From: Balanoglossus misakiensis
Lineage: Eukaryota > Animalia > Hemichordata
Length of the DNA stretch: 64,000 nt
NCBI GenBank assembly: GCA_040954595.2
Contig: CM082577.2
Coordinates: forward strand, 372,001 to 436,000
Reading direction: 5' to 3'
Positions within the stretch are counted from its first letter, which is position 1. Each line of letters begins with the position of its first letter. The notes below the pieces were generated by a model that was not told the origin of the DNA, made no database searches, and saw only the letters and a list, made by a program, of their open reading frames with translations. The position numbers and the translations under genes were made by a program. Below, in pieces: positions 37,601 to 47,537 of this stretch.

Positions 37601-40015
37601 ACAGATTGGAGGCAACAGAGAGGAAGTTTAAAGCTCCAATAGCTGCCATTTTTCCATGATTTTACTTTTAAACTTCAGATGTCCCATTTAAATGAGTTAA
37701 CTGATGGTACCGTATACATTAACATATCATCAACCTCTGATTGTGGCCAGATATGTGCTGCACCCATTTAATCAGCCACTAGCAATGCTGATGAAAAACA
37801 GACAGGAAGTGTAACTCAACACAGACTTTAATATCCAGAGAATTTTTCAATTTTAAAAAATATGCATTCCGTGTGAAGATTACCAATTTATTGACGTCTG
37901 GAATATTACTCGATCATAACCTAGGCAACGCTCATCACTACATGTAATAAATTTTCCTACAAAAATGAAAGTCGTCATAAATAACATAGTGTGCGTCAAC
38001 GTTTGATGTAATTTAATTGCGATCAGCATGACATGACGGCCATGAAACAAGTTTGTTTCATCAATGTACCATCTTTAGAGAAGAATCTATGAAATGACTT
38101 GTTATTTATAAAGATACGCAGGGAATACACACCAAGTTTGTCATATATTAAAATTTCTTAATAAAGAAGTTGACGTTTGTGTCCCAGTCACAGTCTCTGT
38201 CATGAAATCAGATTGTAGGTATGTCTGAATGATGCCCTTGAAATAACCACCAAAATAGCCAGATGTAGAGAGGCCCAATATGCAAATAAGTACCCACTCT
38301 GGATTTCAACCAGTCACTGAGATGTGGGTCATGGGATTCATAGAATTGAGAAACGCTGGTACATGTATATGCATCAGGGTTATTACCTGAATATGAGGGT
38401 GAAACCCATTAATTATATATTATATAATTTTAAGCTGTTTATAAAATCTTCCTGATTAATATTTCACCATGACATTTCTTTTTGCAATTACTGGTAAATA
38501 TAAAATTTCTTCTTTTTTTTAATAATTATTAGTAAATCTAAAATTTCTTCTTTTTTAATTACTAGTAAATCTAAAATGGAATGGTTTACTGTAACATTTG
38601 GTTATGACATATTGATTACCGCAGGCAACGTTTCGCTTTACAAAAGAGTAACTGTTTCTGATGAAAAGACATCTGATCTCTCTCTGTGACATTGATACGC
38701 GCTCCTCCACAGAATATCAATTTGCACAGAAGCTTTTACAATTCCTGGATGCCTAGCCTTCATTACAAATATTAAACGTGCACATACACACAAAGCGACA
38801 GGGATCAGTGTATGTTTGACTACACTAAAAGCTATCACAACTCAAAATATGACTATGACAACAAAAATTTCTTCGAAAAGCAACTTGATTACTTTTGGCC
38901 AAGGACATGGACGTGCAAGTAGTATTAGTGCCAAGTTAACCTAGATTTCATTTCACTAACAAAGTCATTTACCAGTTCAAAGCTCAAGTCATTTGTACTT
39001 TCTGAGTCGCACAGACCCACATCCTGCAGTTTGAGAAATGAACGCCGTAATTAACATACCAACCGTTCAAAAGTCGAAACCCACAGTAATACACCTTGTA
39101 ACAACTTCCTGGAATAGAATTATTGAGAGTTTCAGCAGTCGACTTTATTGTATGCGTTTAATAAAAATCCACTCAGTGCAGCTGTTGCTAATGCGTAATG
39201 ACATTGCAGAGATGTTTAAAGGGGACAAAATGTGTTTTCGGCTGATTTGATTTGGAGTCGTTTGCTTTCAAACTTGCATATGTGTGAGAAATGAAGACTA
39301 TCCGATGCTTCACGCATGAGTTTCGATCATCAGAGGAACGATGGAACGATATGTGATTTGAATCTGGGGTGAATACATGTATGCATCGAGAATCAATATG
39401 CAGCAACACGGAGGCATATACGTACGACTTCAAAATTGGAGACTCCAAGATGTCAATCATCACACGATCTGATATGTTTTGATTGTTGGACCATAATTTC
39501 TCAATATTTTGGCTTTTTTTATAGATTCATGTAATGAGATTTTTGCAGCTAAAAAAGACTACCAATAAATTTTACTATGGTTTCATCTATTTTTAGACAA
39601 TGCTTGGTAATTGAAAGTTGTAATAATTTATACATTTGCAAAATAAAATAAAAGTGATGGATTATTTTTGATCCTATGTCCTTGCTTTATCTGGACTGGG
39701 AATGAATTTGTAATATACAGTGAGTTAATTATCAATTACTGAATTAGAAAATATTAAGTAAACCCCTCAGCACAGACAACAGATCAGTTCTATTTGATGG
39801 AAAACTAAACAGTGACAGTTCTGTCAGACAATAGGAACAGACGACAATTATAAAGGCAGGAAAGTGGGTAGGAAGACTGCTATGTACAGACGACGATTTG
39901 TGACCACAGCTACGACCTACCTTGCATTGCAATGACCCTGAGACAGCACCACAGATTCTGCTCGGCGGAATGAGGGTGATCTGGGCCTATCTAGTGGTGG
40001 TAGTGCAGATGCCAT
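7537..40015 (-). CDS. BAIAP3: BAI1-associated protein 3 / Munc13-4-family vesicle priming factor (C2A-MUN-C2B), about 1172 aa; 29 shared exons plus a first exon
   Basis: 29 in-phase GT-AG exons sum to 3424 nt; with the 95-nt first exon the total is 3519 nt (1173 codons including TAG). C2A: DAKDANGYSDPY...[10 protein letters not shown]...DIWDHDDE...DDFLG. MUN: [49 protein letters not shown]2B: PLDSNGLSDPFV...[10 protein letters not shown]...[16 protein letters not shown]. No C1 domain was seen, which favours the BAIAP3/Munc13-4 branch over Munc13-1/2/3. Orthology to BAIAP3 versus UNC13D needs a tree. Confidence 0.92.
7830..8032 (-). CDS. BAIAP3: BAIAP3-like exon (C2B)
   Basis: caacag|...T|gtgagt; [42 protein letters not shown]...[10 protein letters not shown]. 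Confidence 0.92.
8305..8428 (-). CDS. BAIAP3: BAIAP3-like exon (C2B)
   Basis: ctcaag|...TT|gtgagt; [40 protein letters not shown](F). Confidence 0.92.
8660..8780 (-). CDS. BAIAP3: BAIAP3-like exon (C2B start)
   Basis: tgacag|...G|gtaagt; [40 protein letters not shown](G). Confidence 0.9.
9138..9293 (-). CDS. BAIAP3: BAIAP3-like exon (MHD2)
   Basis: gtgtag|...|gtttga; [52 protein letters not shown]. Confidence 0.9.
9429..9470 (-). CDS. BAIAP3: BAIAP3-like exon (MHD2)
   Basis: tttcag|...|gtgagt; [14 protein letters not shown]. Confidence 0.88.
9921..9987 (-). CDS. BAIAP3: BAIAP3-like exon (MHD2)
   Basis: ttccag|...|gtatgt; [22 protein letters not shown]. Confidence 0.88.
10263..10342 (-). 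CDS. BAIAP3: BAIAP3-like exon (MHD2)
   Basis: ttgcag|...AG|gtaggt; [26 protein letters not shown](R). Confidence 0.9.
10684..10968 (-). CDS. BAIAP3: BAIAP3-like exon (MUN)
   Basis: tttcag|...|gtacgt; [24 protein letters not shown]...[24 protein letters not shown]. Confidence 0.92.
11142..11243 (-). CDS. BAIAP3: BAIAP3-like exon
   Basis: ttccag|...|gtgggc; [34 protein letters not shown]. Confidence 0.9.
11507..11581 (-). CDS. BAIAP3: BAIAP3-like exon (MHD1)
   Basis: tctcag|...|gtgagt; [25 protein letters not shown]. Confidence 0.9.
11808..11876 (-). CDS. BAIAP3: BAIAP3-like exon (MHD1)
   Basis: ttccag|...|gtaact; [23 protein letters not shown]. Confidence 0.9.
12110..12115 (-). CDS. BAIAP3: Candidate 6-nt alternatively spliced microexon (CAGAAG, Gln-Lys)
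   Basis: - strand: TACTAAC-cacttctttccatctctgatcttaaattt-TGCTGC-tttggacaag|CAGAAG|gtaaca; lies in a phase-0 intron, so it preserves frame. Confidence 0.7.
12399..12522 (-). CDS. BAIAP3: BAIAP3-like exon (MHD1)
   Basis: ttgcag|...|gtgata; [41 protein letters not shown]. Confidence 0.9.
12617..12771 (-). CDS. BAIAP3: BAIAP3-like exon (MHD1 start)
   Basis: aaccag|...AA|gtaagt; [51 protein letters not shown]. Confidence 0.88.
13169..13375 (-). CDS. BAIAP3: BAIAP3-like exon (MUN)
   Basis: gcgtag|...|gtgagc; [17 protein letters not shown]...[16 protein letters not shown]. Confidence 0.9.
13719..13809 (-). CDS. BAIAP3: BAIAP3-like exon
   Basis: cctcag|...|gtgagg; [30 protein letters not shown]. 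Confidence 0.88.
13998..14122 (-). CDS. BAIAP3: BAIAP3-like exon
   Basis: tttcag|...AT|gtgagt; [41 protein letters not shown]. Confidence 0.88.
14567..14684 (-). CDS. BAIAP3: BAIAP3-like exon
   Basis: tttcag|...|gtgagt; [39 protein letters not shown]. Confidence 0.88.
15371..15564 (-). CDS. BAIAP3: BAIAP3-like exon
   Basis: tttcag|...TG|gtgagc; [25 protein letters not shown]...[29 protein letters not shown]. Confidence 0.9.
15910..16017 (-). CDS. BAIAP3: BAIAP3-like exon (C2A end)
   Basis: tgacag|...|gtgtgt; [36 protein letters not shown]. Confidence 0.88.
17643..17730 (-). CDS. BAIAP3: BAIAP3-like exon (C2A)
   Basis: tggtag|...|gtaagt; [29 protein letters not shown]. Confidence 0.9.
18226..18303 (-). 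CDS. BAIAP3: BAIAP3-like exon (C2A)
   Basis: ctgcag|...AG|gtagga; [25 protein letters not shown](R). Confidence 0.9.
19007..19051 (-). CDS. BAIAP3: BAIAP3-like exon (C2A)
   Basis: ctacag|...TG|gtaggt; [14 protein letters not shown](W). Confidence 0.88.
19585..19831 (-). CDS. BAIAP3: BAIAP3-like exon (C2A with acidic/basic insert)
   Basis: gattag|...TT|gtaagt; [13 protein letters not shown]...[20 protein letters not shown]...[17 protein letters not shown]. Confidence 0.92.
20520..20586 (-). CDS. BAIAP3: BAIAP3-like exon (C2A start)
   Basis: ttgcag|...G|gtaatt; [22 protein letters not shown](G). Confidence 0.9.
20817..20876 (-). CDS. BAIAP3: BAIAP3-like exon
   Basis: ctctag|...|gtacac; [20 protein letters not shown]. 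Confidence 0.85.
25333..25440 (-). CDS. BAIAP3: BAIAP3-like exon
   Basis: cacag|...|gtgagt; [36 protein letters not shown]. Confidence 0.88.
27077..27160 (-). CDS. BAIAP3: BAIAP3-like exon
   Basis: tacag|...|gtaagt; [28 protein letters not shown]; phase 0/0. Confidence 0.8.
28854..29186. mobile_element. MITE (about 330 bp) with long imperfect TIRs and TTAA ends (Kolobok/piggyBac-like non-autonomous element)
   Basis: Left ttaaagggacattagctgtaacttttggctttgttttcactattttt matches the reverse complement of the right end (ttaaagctccattaactgtaacttttggctatatgttttcagtattttt) over about 55 bp; no coding capacity. Confidence 0.75.
31700..31787 (-). CDS. BAIAP3: BAIAP3-like shared exon 2
   Basis: cacag|G GTT CAG...AAC GAG|gtgagt; [29 protein letters not shown]. 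Confidence 0.85.
37226..37366. promoter_or_regulatory. Pair of RFX X-box-like palindromes
   Basis: GAGTTTCCATGGAAACTC (perfect 18-bp palindrome, 37226-37243) and GTTTCCATGGTAAC (37353-37366) fit the X-box GTTNCCATGGNAAC; function not shown. Confidence 0.45.
38488..38577 (+). repeat. Short tandem triplication
   Basis: tta(c/t)t(a/g)gtaaat(a/c)taaaatttcttctttttt repeated about 2.5 times. Confidence 0.7.
39921..40015 (-). CDS. BAIAP3: Best candidate first coding exon (1A) of the BAIAP3-like gene
   Basis: gcaatcATGG (A at -3, G at +4), in-frame TAA upstream, [31 protein letters not shown] then AG|gtaggt, a phase-2 donor that completes Arg with the G of exon 31700-31787; locally CpG-rich. Confidence 0.7.
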
Positions 40016-40825
40016 GATTGCTGAGCAACATTAAATCTCGACCACGGACTACTCAGATGTGGGCACGGTGAAGCTGGAGTAAATGATCAACCGCTGTTGA
40101 TGTACTGGCACCCTCGCAATGGTCTATCCAGTAGGCCGAGATCTGCTCGTTAAGAGTGCGCCAGCTTTTGCACTGCTGTGCTATAGCGTCACCCAGTCGT
40201 ATAGTGTAGTTTCCACGCCAGCTATACGTACACCCACTGTGCACGTTAATAATGGCAGAGTTCTTGAATGGCTAGGATACTTAGCTTTCCATTGAATGCT
40301 TCTAAACAATCAATACCGTTCTTGCCATGCGTGTGTGTATAACACATTTGGTGTAACAGTACGAACACGACCGACTGGGGAAGTGTGCTTTCAGTTCTCC
40401 ACAGCCTGGGTTTGCATGATAACCGCAAACTCGTGTGTATGAGGCAGTTACGACCAAATAATTATGGAAATGTTCAACGCGCAGTGATTGGTGGACCAAA
40501 GATCTGCTTTTGACCAATGCATGAGCTTCGAGTGACTGTGTCCAATCTTGGCATATGCTTTTAAAATTCCTGCCACTGTCCAACATTTATCATGAAAACA
40601 GAACTGAATATATGTGGAAGCATAAATAAATAAGGGCTTGTGTGTGTCCTCGGGTGCAATGAGATATCAACTTTCCCTCTTTACGCAAATGACAAAAAAA
40701 ATCGTTCTTTGACAGGTTTTTGCATAATGTAATTGCACTTGGAGGGAAAATGAAATAGGTAAAGTCATTAACAGCTGTTGTCAAGGCGACCGTGATGTCA
40801 AGAAACAAGTGCACAGATCAATGCG

Positions 40826-40838
40826 GTCGCCTAGCAAC
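40826..40838. promoter_or_regulatory. RFX X-box-like site upstream of candidate first exon 1A
   Basis: GTCGCCTAGCAAC about 800 bp upstream of ATG 40015. Confidence 0.4.
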
Positions 40839-43800
40839 CAACGTACATAAATGTGTGTGTGTGTGTGTCAAAATGCAGTGACAAAGTTTCAAAGACAGAT
40901 TCCATAATGGAACACCTTGACTATTTGATCTGAAGTTGAGATCTCCTTTTAATGCAATCCATTTGCTGCGCCTGTCCATGATTGATGAACTCCGATATCT
41001 CGATCCTCACTTGTACTTTTTGATACGAGGACAAGAGTTATGAAACACGGAAGGGGAAGAACACAAAATAAACACACATTCTGAACATGCTGTACACATC
41101 AGCTGCGATCATTATTTTCACGTGGGTGCCAACGATGTATTATGTAAATTACAACAAGAATGATTGTCACTTCAGGGCGTACGATTTCAGAGCACAGAGC
41201 TGCGCGTAACAGCATGCTCCTGCCAACAATGCATGATTACTTCCAACTCTGAATGGTGGAATGCAATTTTCATTCTCTCTTTTTTTAAATGCTGATGGAT
41301 GCCACATCAAAATGTCAAGCCTGGAGCTTCTTCATGAAAATTTCATTCACAGCACTGATGCACACGCGGACACTGTGAAAATTTGAAAATGACCGCGGAG
41401 AAAAATGTAAATGTGAGCATAAATTTTTTAGATCCACGGCTAAGTGCAAAATTGCACATGAGAAAATTTTAAATTTTAGGTCACAGCTTAATAGTGCATT
41501 ACTGACTGCATATTATACCATTACTGATGTGGCCTACATGTACCGGGTATATGAAAGAGAGTTGAGATATGGCTATGCAAGGAAGACTGGTATATAAGTG
41601 TAGTGGACGAGCTATATGCAAGTCCAAAACCTTGTCTACGAAGCCAAAGTCTATACATGACTCTATGGTATCTTGTGTATACACCTTCCTTCATTTAATA
41701 ACAAGTATATTTTTAAAAAGCTTTGAGTGAATTTGAGAATTTCTAGAAATTTGTGTACCGGTACATCAGACCGGTACCTTTTATACCAAAACATGAACAT
41801 TTTCTTGTGTTACCACTTGCGTTTATTGAGTTAGTGGTTTATCATATTGGCTTACTGAGCACACTGATCCATACAAAACACATGTGAAGTCAAAAAAAAG
41901 AGAGAAAATCCATAATAGATTTAGTCTGTCATCGATCTTTTCAGATTTCTCAGAAATTAATAAAGGTAACTTACACTCAGAAACTTATGAGAATACACAT
42001 AAAGCCTTGAAGATTCTCACTCTCACAATTTAAGAGTTTATTTTAAAAACACAAATGGATCGTCACTTAGCACCAGAGGAAACATTAATTTTACAAAATT
42101 CTCTGTGCAGGAATCAATTTACTTCAATAGATTTGACGGGGAAAAAACACTTTAGATGATGTATTGCTAAAATTCAAATTTCAGCACTAAACCCAGAATG
42201 CCAGAATTCATGCTCAAAACACAAATTCTGCATACATGAATCTATCCTTCAGCCAAAACTGTGAGTATACTGACGCTTTCTTCACCAACACTAAAACATT
42301 AAATTCACATTTCAACCATATATCTCAGCAACATGGCAAAGAAATGCCATTTTCATTACAAGACATCCATTTCTCCCCCATGCACTCATCATCACTGTTA
42401 TTCCCAACTGAACAGACTATCAAAGGGTTAGAAACCGCAGATCTCTTGAGGTCTCTGGTAAAAAAAAAATTCTGATAGTATTAAAGCACTATTTGAAATC
42501 AAGAAAAAAAAGTAATTCTCTCAACGCCAGGTTTGTTGAAATCTGCTGTATCCCAAGGCACTATGAGTCATACAAAAAAAAAACTTGTTCACCTGTCTAT
42601 TAAAGTTCTGCCTATCCACCCTCAAATCTTGTCATGTTTTCTTTTCTTTTCCATGTGTGCCAATCAGAAATTAACCTGTAGGTATATTCCCTGATTCAAA
42701 CACAGGTATCATGTCGAACATGTTGCATTTACAGTGACAGTCGTATGCGATAGTCACCTTTTCAGCATCCAATTAATCCACTATACTGAACGCTGTCATT
42801 TCAACTTTGCCAACATGAATTTCATCTGCCAAAGCTCAGCTTCACCCGGTCTTCCTATTTCACAATTGATTAAAAACAAAGTTTAAGCTATGGGTAAAAA
42901 TGTAAAGTAGTGATTTTTATGATAAAAGATCATGAACATGAAGGTTTTTTCTTTGATTTTAATTTTAATGCCACATCTTGTATGATAGCATCAAGGCCAA
43001 TGCGAGGATTAAGTATATTAAGTTGTTTAGTAATATAAGTCATAATTGTATTTCTGCTGTTTGCCCATTGACAGAAAAGACATCAGCTGCTGGGTGTCAA
43101 TTTGTCACTGCTCACCTTTAAACCTTGAGAGAAATTGAGGCAAATTTTGTGAGTTTTACACGCGTAATTGCAGTGCACATATCCATAAAGGTAATTGGCT
43201 GCAAGTTGACTCTCATGAACGGTCATTACATTAAATTTTATGTGAATTTGTCAAATATAATGGTTAAACATGGCAATTAACCTAGTTTCATCTGAGTTGC
43301 TTGAAATTGCAGTGAGTTTTATGTTTTGCACTACTGACAACCTGTCAGTGTCACATAAAACATCGCCTTTATATTGCTCCAATAAAGAGATAAATAAAAC
43401 CACCTGTATCATTTCTTTGAAAATCATTCTGCTTACGAAAGAGACAAGAATCTCCATGAATGGTGAATTCGAAAAAATCACTAACAAATAAAGAATCAAA
43501 ACCAAAATCAACGAGTATATCCCAACTGCATCCCTGGCGTCACATGTAGCAGAGCCATATATATATTATTAGTTGCTTCCTGAACTTTGACATTTTCCAT
43601 TTCTTTAACAAAGTGTGAAACTGGAGGCATCTCTCATCCTAACAACACAAATTCCCCCGACGTTGCACACAATCATAGGTGCAACACTCTCCTGACGGCC
43701 ACCAGGGTATGTAGGAGCGTATGAGACGTGTGTTCGAGGGATGTCTGCGCATTAACCTTCCACCCCTCCGACTGCCAGACTAACTGGATCATCCCAGATA

Positions 43801-45597
43801 AGGATTATTCTGGCTACGCAGGCAAGAGGTGAGAATGTTAAAAGCGGTTCTCATACAATGTCTGGCGGCCATCAGACAGGATATGGAACTTGGGGTGTTA
43901 GTGTGCTCTAAGAGGATTTTCCCCCAGATTACAGTTTCCACCGATTACTGGAACCTACATCATGTAGGTCCAAAAATTAGAATAATGTACAAATTTGTAC
44001 AGTCTTTACGCAGTGAGTTTACTTTGTCTTTGCTTTTCAGGCTTTCAATTTCATTTACACAAGATTTCTCCTGGTTACACCTGTTCCTTTGGACATTCCA
44101 AAAAATTCGATCCAGGTCATTTCAAACTCATACCCAAAACAACTCACAACACTGACATTTACAGACAATGCATGCTTAGCTGTTAACTCATTGACGAATG
44201 CACACAACAGTGATTAATATGGCTGAAAGGCATAGCAAAAGCCTAATGAAGTTTCTCAACCCCACAATTATGTCTCCTGCGTACTTTTATGGGATAATAT
44301 GTGGTGTGTATTTGTTCTGATCATTGATGCACAACTGCACACAGGCATGCATGACTTCATCATCACACAGGGGTGCATGGCATAATCATCGCAGTGGATT
44401 GGTTTCCAGTTCACCCCACCCCCACCCCCACCCTGCCGCAGTCCAGGCAGATCACGAGTTGTGACACACGGCAAAGAACTGTTAACACGCCCCCCTACTC
44501 CCTTGTCTACTTAACGTTGAGAGGCAGCTGTCAATCATTTCACAATTATTTATGCATCAATAATACACAGACATATCAATGCTCGACACAAACATTATTG
44601 GCATGATACCCATTTTTATACACGTCAAATAAGAACACAAGGTTCTTGCTTGTGGATCCAGTCTTAGGTGACAATTAACCCTCCAAGGATGAGATTAATT
44701 ATCCTTAGTTTTTTATTCCACTGACAAACCTCCAAGGCTAGAGATTATTAATTGTCATTACTTTTTTGTCTTCCATTTAATCTCCATTAACCATCAACTA
44801 GCTCGATCCACACAGCTACAACATATGCAGCAACTCTATTTCATCATATTAAATAAGGATTTTATCACGGTCACTGTGTCAAGCCTCAATAACACCAGCA
44901 GCCACGAGAGATTAATTAGATAAAATTTTAATCAAGATGTAACTGCTGCTGTGCCCGTAGCATAATCCATCATCAGCACCAAAATCATAAATAACATCCG
45001 CAGAAGATCATGATGATAATCCTGGACTTGCAACAGATTCACCAGGGAGTACATAAACAGTGATTTCCACAGACAAGACTCAAAAACATCAGAAAAACAT
45101 GTATGCGGTTATGAATAATTTGCAATTGACACATATTGTTAAGATTACGTAATGCCAAGCTTCAAGGTGGTCATTGAAAATTTATAAATCATATGAGAAG
45201 AAGTTCATCAGTGGCAAAGGTCAGATCAATCAGGATCCTGCTAATCGGTGTTAGCAAATGTAAATTTAATTGCACGTACATTAATTATCAAAGAACAAAA
45301 CTATATTTAGCATCTTAAATGTATACAAGTTATGAAATTGAAATCGATAGTTGCCACTGTCTGCTAAATTGGAACATATCCTTGCCTACCATACACGGAC
45401 AGAATTTTTCACTTTCTATAAAAATTCAAACTGACAGAGCAATATGAACGAGCCAGTTTGTCCACAGGAAGCAATATAAACCACTTCAGAAACCCAATTT
45501 CCACAAATTTGAACATTTAATCTTGGCGAATTGAAAGTGTCAATTAGACTTCATTGTAGAATTCATGCTCAGTGAATTGTGACACAGTCACATGGCC

Positions 45598-45777
45598 AGG
45601 AGTTGCTATGTGGGGGGGGGGGAGACTCTGGAGAAAATGAATGAATTGGGTAACACCTACTTGTATTTTATACTAACACTACATGGATACTCACTGGGAG
45701 TTGTTGGGGGGGGACTGTTTGGCGAAAATAAATGCATCTAGTAACACGTACTAGAACGATATTTTATACTAACACTA
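45598..45777 (+). repeat. Diverged tandem duplication (unit about 95 bp)
   Basis: ggagttg..poly-G..gact..tgg.gaaaat.aatg..gtaacac.tact..ttttatactaacacta occurs twice. Confidence 0.65.
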
Positions 45778-47320
45778 TTCCCGTTGGAAAATCCAGTCAA
45801 GAAACATGTTGGTGAATATACGCTTATGTCAAAAGATCACCACACTCAAACATAACAATTAAATATACAATCAGACTTAATGTAACATGGGAAATCTTTT
45901 TACTGCTGCTGTACCCGGTGATAAATGTTGACCACTCGTGATCTGTAATCTTGTTTAATATTTCTGAAATTTCTGTGTCAACACTAAGGTTTCTATTTGA
46001 AGCATCTTGGTATTTCTTAACTGTCAGACCTAAATGTCACATTTATTTGCATAACATTTAAACAAATTTAATGTTTGTCGATATGCTTGAAACTGCATGA
46101 ACATATATGCATCTAATAAATATTTGAAAAGATTACATCCGCACAGCAGAATTGTATGTGTCAAACCATGACACTGATGATGTAACCAAACTATATCTTC
46201 TCAGCAGATTCGCATCCAATTTCAAAGTCAGTTCACGGCTGCAGTGAGCATGTCATCTGATGATTCATAATTATATAAATGAAGACTGGAATCAAACAGC
46301 TATATTAAAATCTTCCATAGGTGATTGATATTCATTAATCACATATGTCTTGCATACATCTTCTCAGACCTGGACACCACATGCTTTCACACATATCAAT
46401 GTTTCATGCAGTCTACACACAGTTGCCTGCGTAATAGACTCTTAGATCGGTCGAACTGCACATCAGCCATTAACTCAGATGCAATCAAACCTGATTTCCT
46501 ACTGCCTACAGATACTGAATTCACAAAACTTTTAACGGTCACCCAGCCACAAATTTACAGGCAACAAATTTCTTCATAAAGATTTGTTGCACACTCAGTA
46601 TAAACATGCTATATACTGAGTGCTTCCATATTGCGTAGCAATTCACGGACGCCTTTGGGCACTAAAGATGTATCGGAAGCTTCAAGCAACGCAAACTTAT
46701 CCACTCTGTCTTTTCAATAGATGCACTGATCAGGATTCGAAGCAGGAGTGATTTTTTTTAAAAGTACATCAAGTGGATTAGGACGGAGATTTACAGCGGC
46801 TGCAGTAACCAATAGATGGTTTATGCCCGGCGATGTTTGAACGGTAATCTATCAAGAATTCCACCAGTCTTAAACAGTCGTTCCATTTTCATTCATCAAA
46901 CTCTGCCTGCCGGGGGTCAGCGCAGCATATTACCGACTCACAATAAGATTAAAAGTTTCGACTGCGCTTTCAAGTAATCAGTTCTCAGGCAGGTCAAGAA
47001 AGCACAGTCTGTCACTTGTTTCCAAATTACAAGTTATGAGGTGGACCTTTTGCGGCGATTCAAACCCTTACACCATCTGACCGGAGCACAAGATAGAGTC
47101 AATCGCTGATTTAATGCAACATTACAAGTCCCTGACTTAACAAGTCAGTTGTCTACAGCAAAGTTCCTTCTTTCTTTAGTTGGATCGACCACTCATGGTT
47201 ATGTTGGAAAACAGTTACACTTTTTCACTAAATCGTTTCCTTTTAAGACCCAAAACAAATAACAATTCTGGTACTAAAAATTATGACCCTCGAATATAAA
47301 ATTTATAAATTTAATAAAGA

Positions 47321-47537
47321 GGGTCAGAAAATAAAGCAGTCCCAGAAACGCCCGCAAAATGTGTTTTTTTTCAGTGTCAAATCAAACATTGATGCAAATG
47401 ACCGATTTCTGCACAAGTATAATAGAACGTTCATTTTCGATATAGTTGCCTAACACCTTATATATTGGAGTTAACATACATAGCTTTTGGTAATATTTAT
47501 CGAGAAAAAAAAACATCGAAAAAAGGGTCAGAAAATA
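47321..47537 (+). repeat. Dispersed repeat copy 1 (block order B-A)
   Basis: Near-identical to 50114-50283 but with the two blocks in swapped order and an extra 18 nt (ttggagttaacatacata). Confidence 0.85.

Noticed and set aside
46725-47075. B-box-like motifs (ggattcgaag, gattcaaacc) suggesting a tRNA or SINE
   Set aside because: No cloverleaf or correctly spaced A box could be built.
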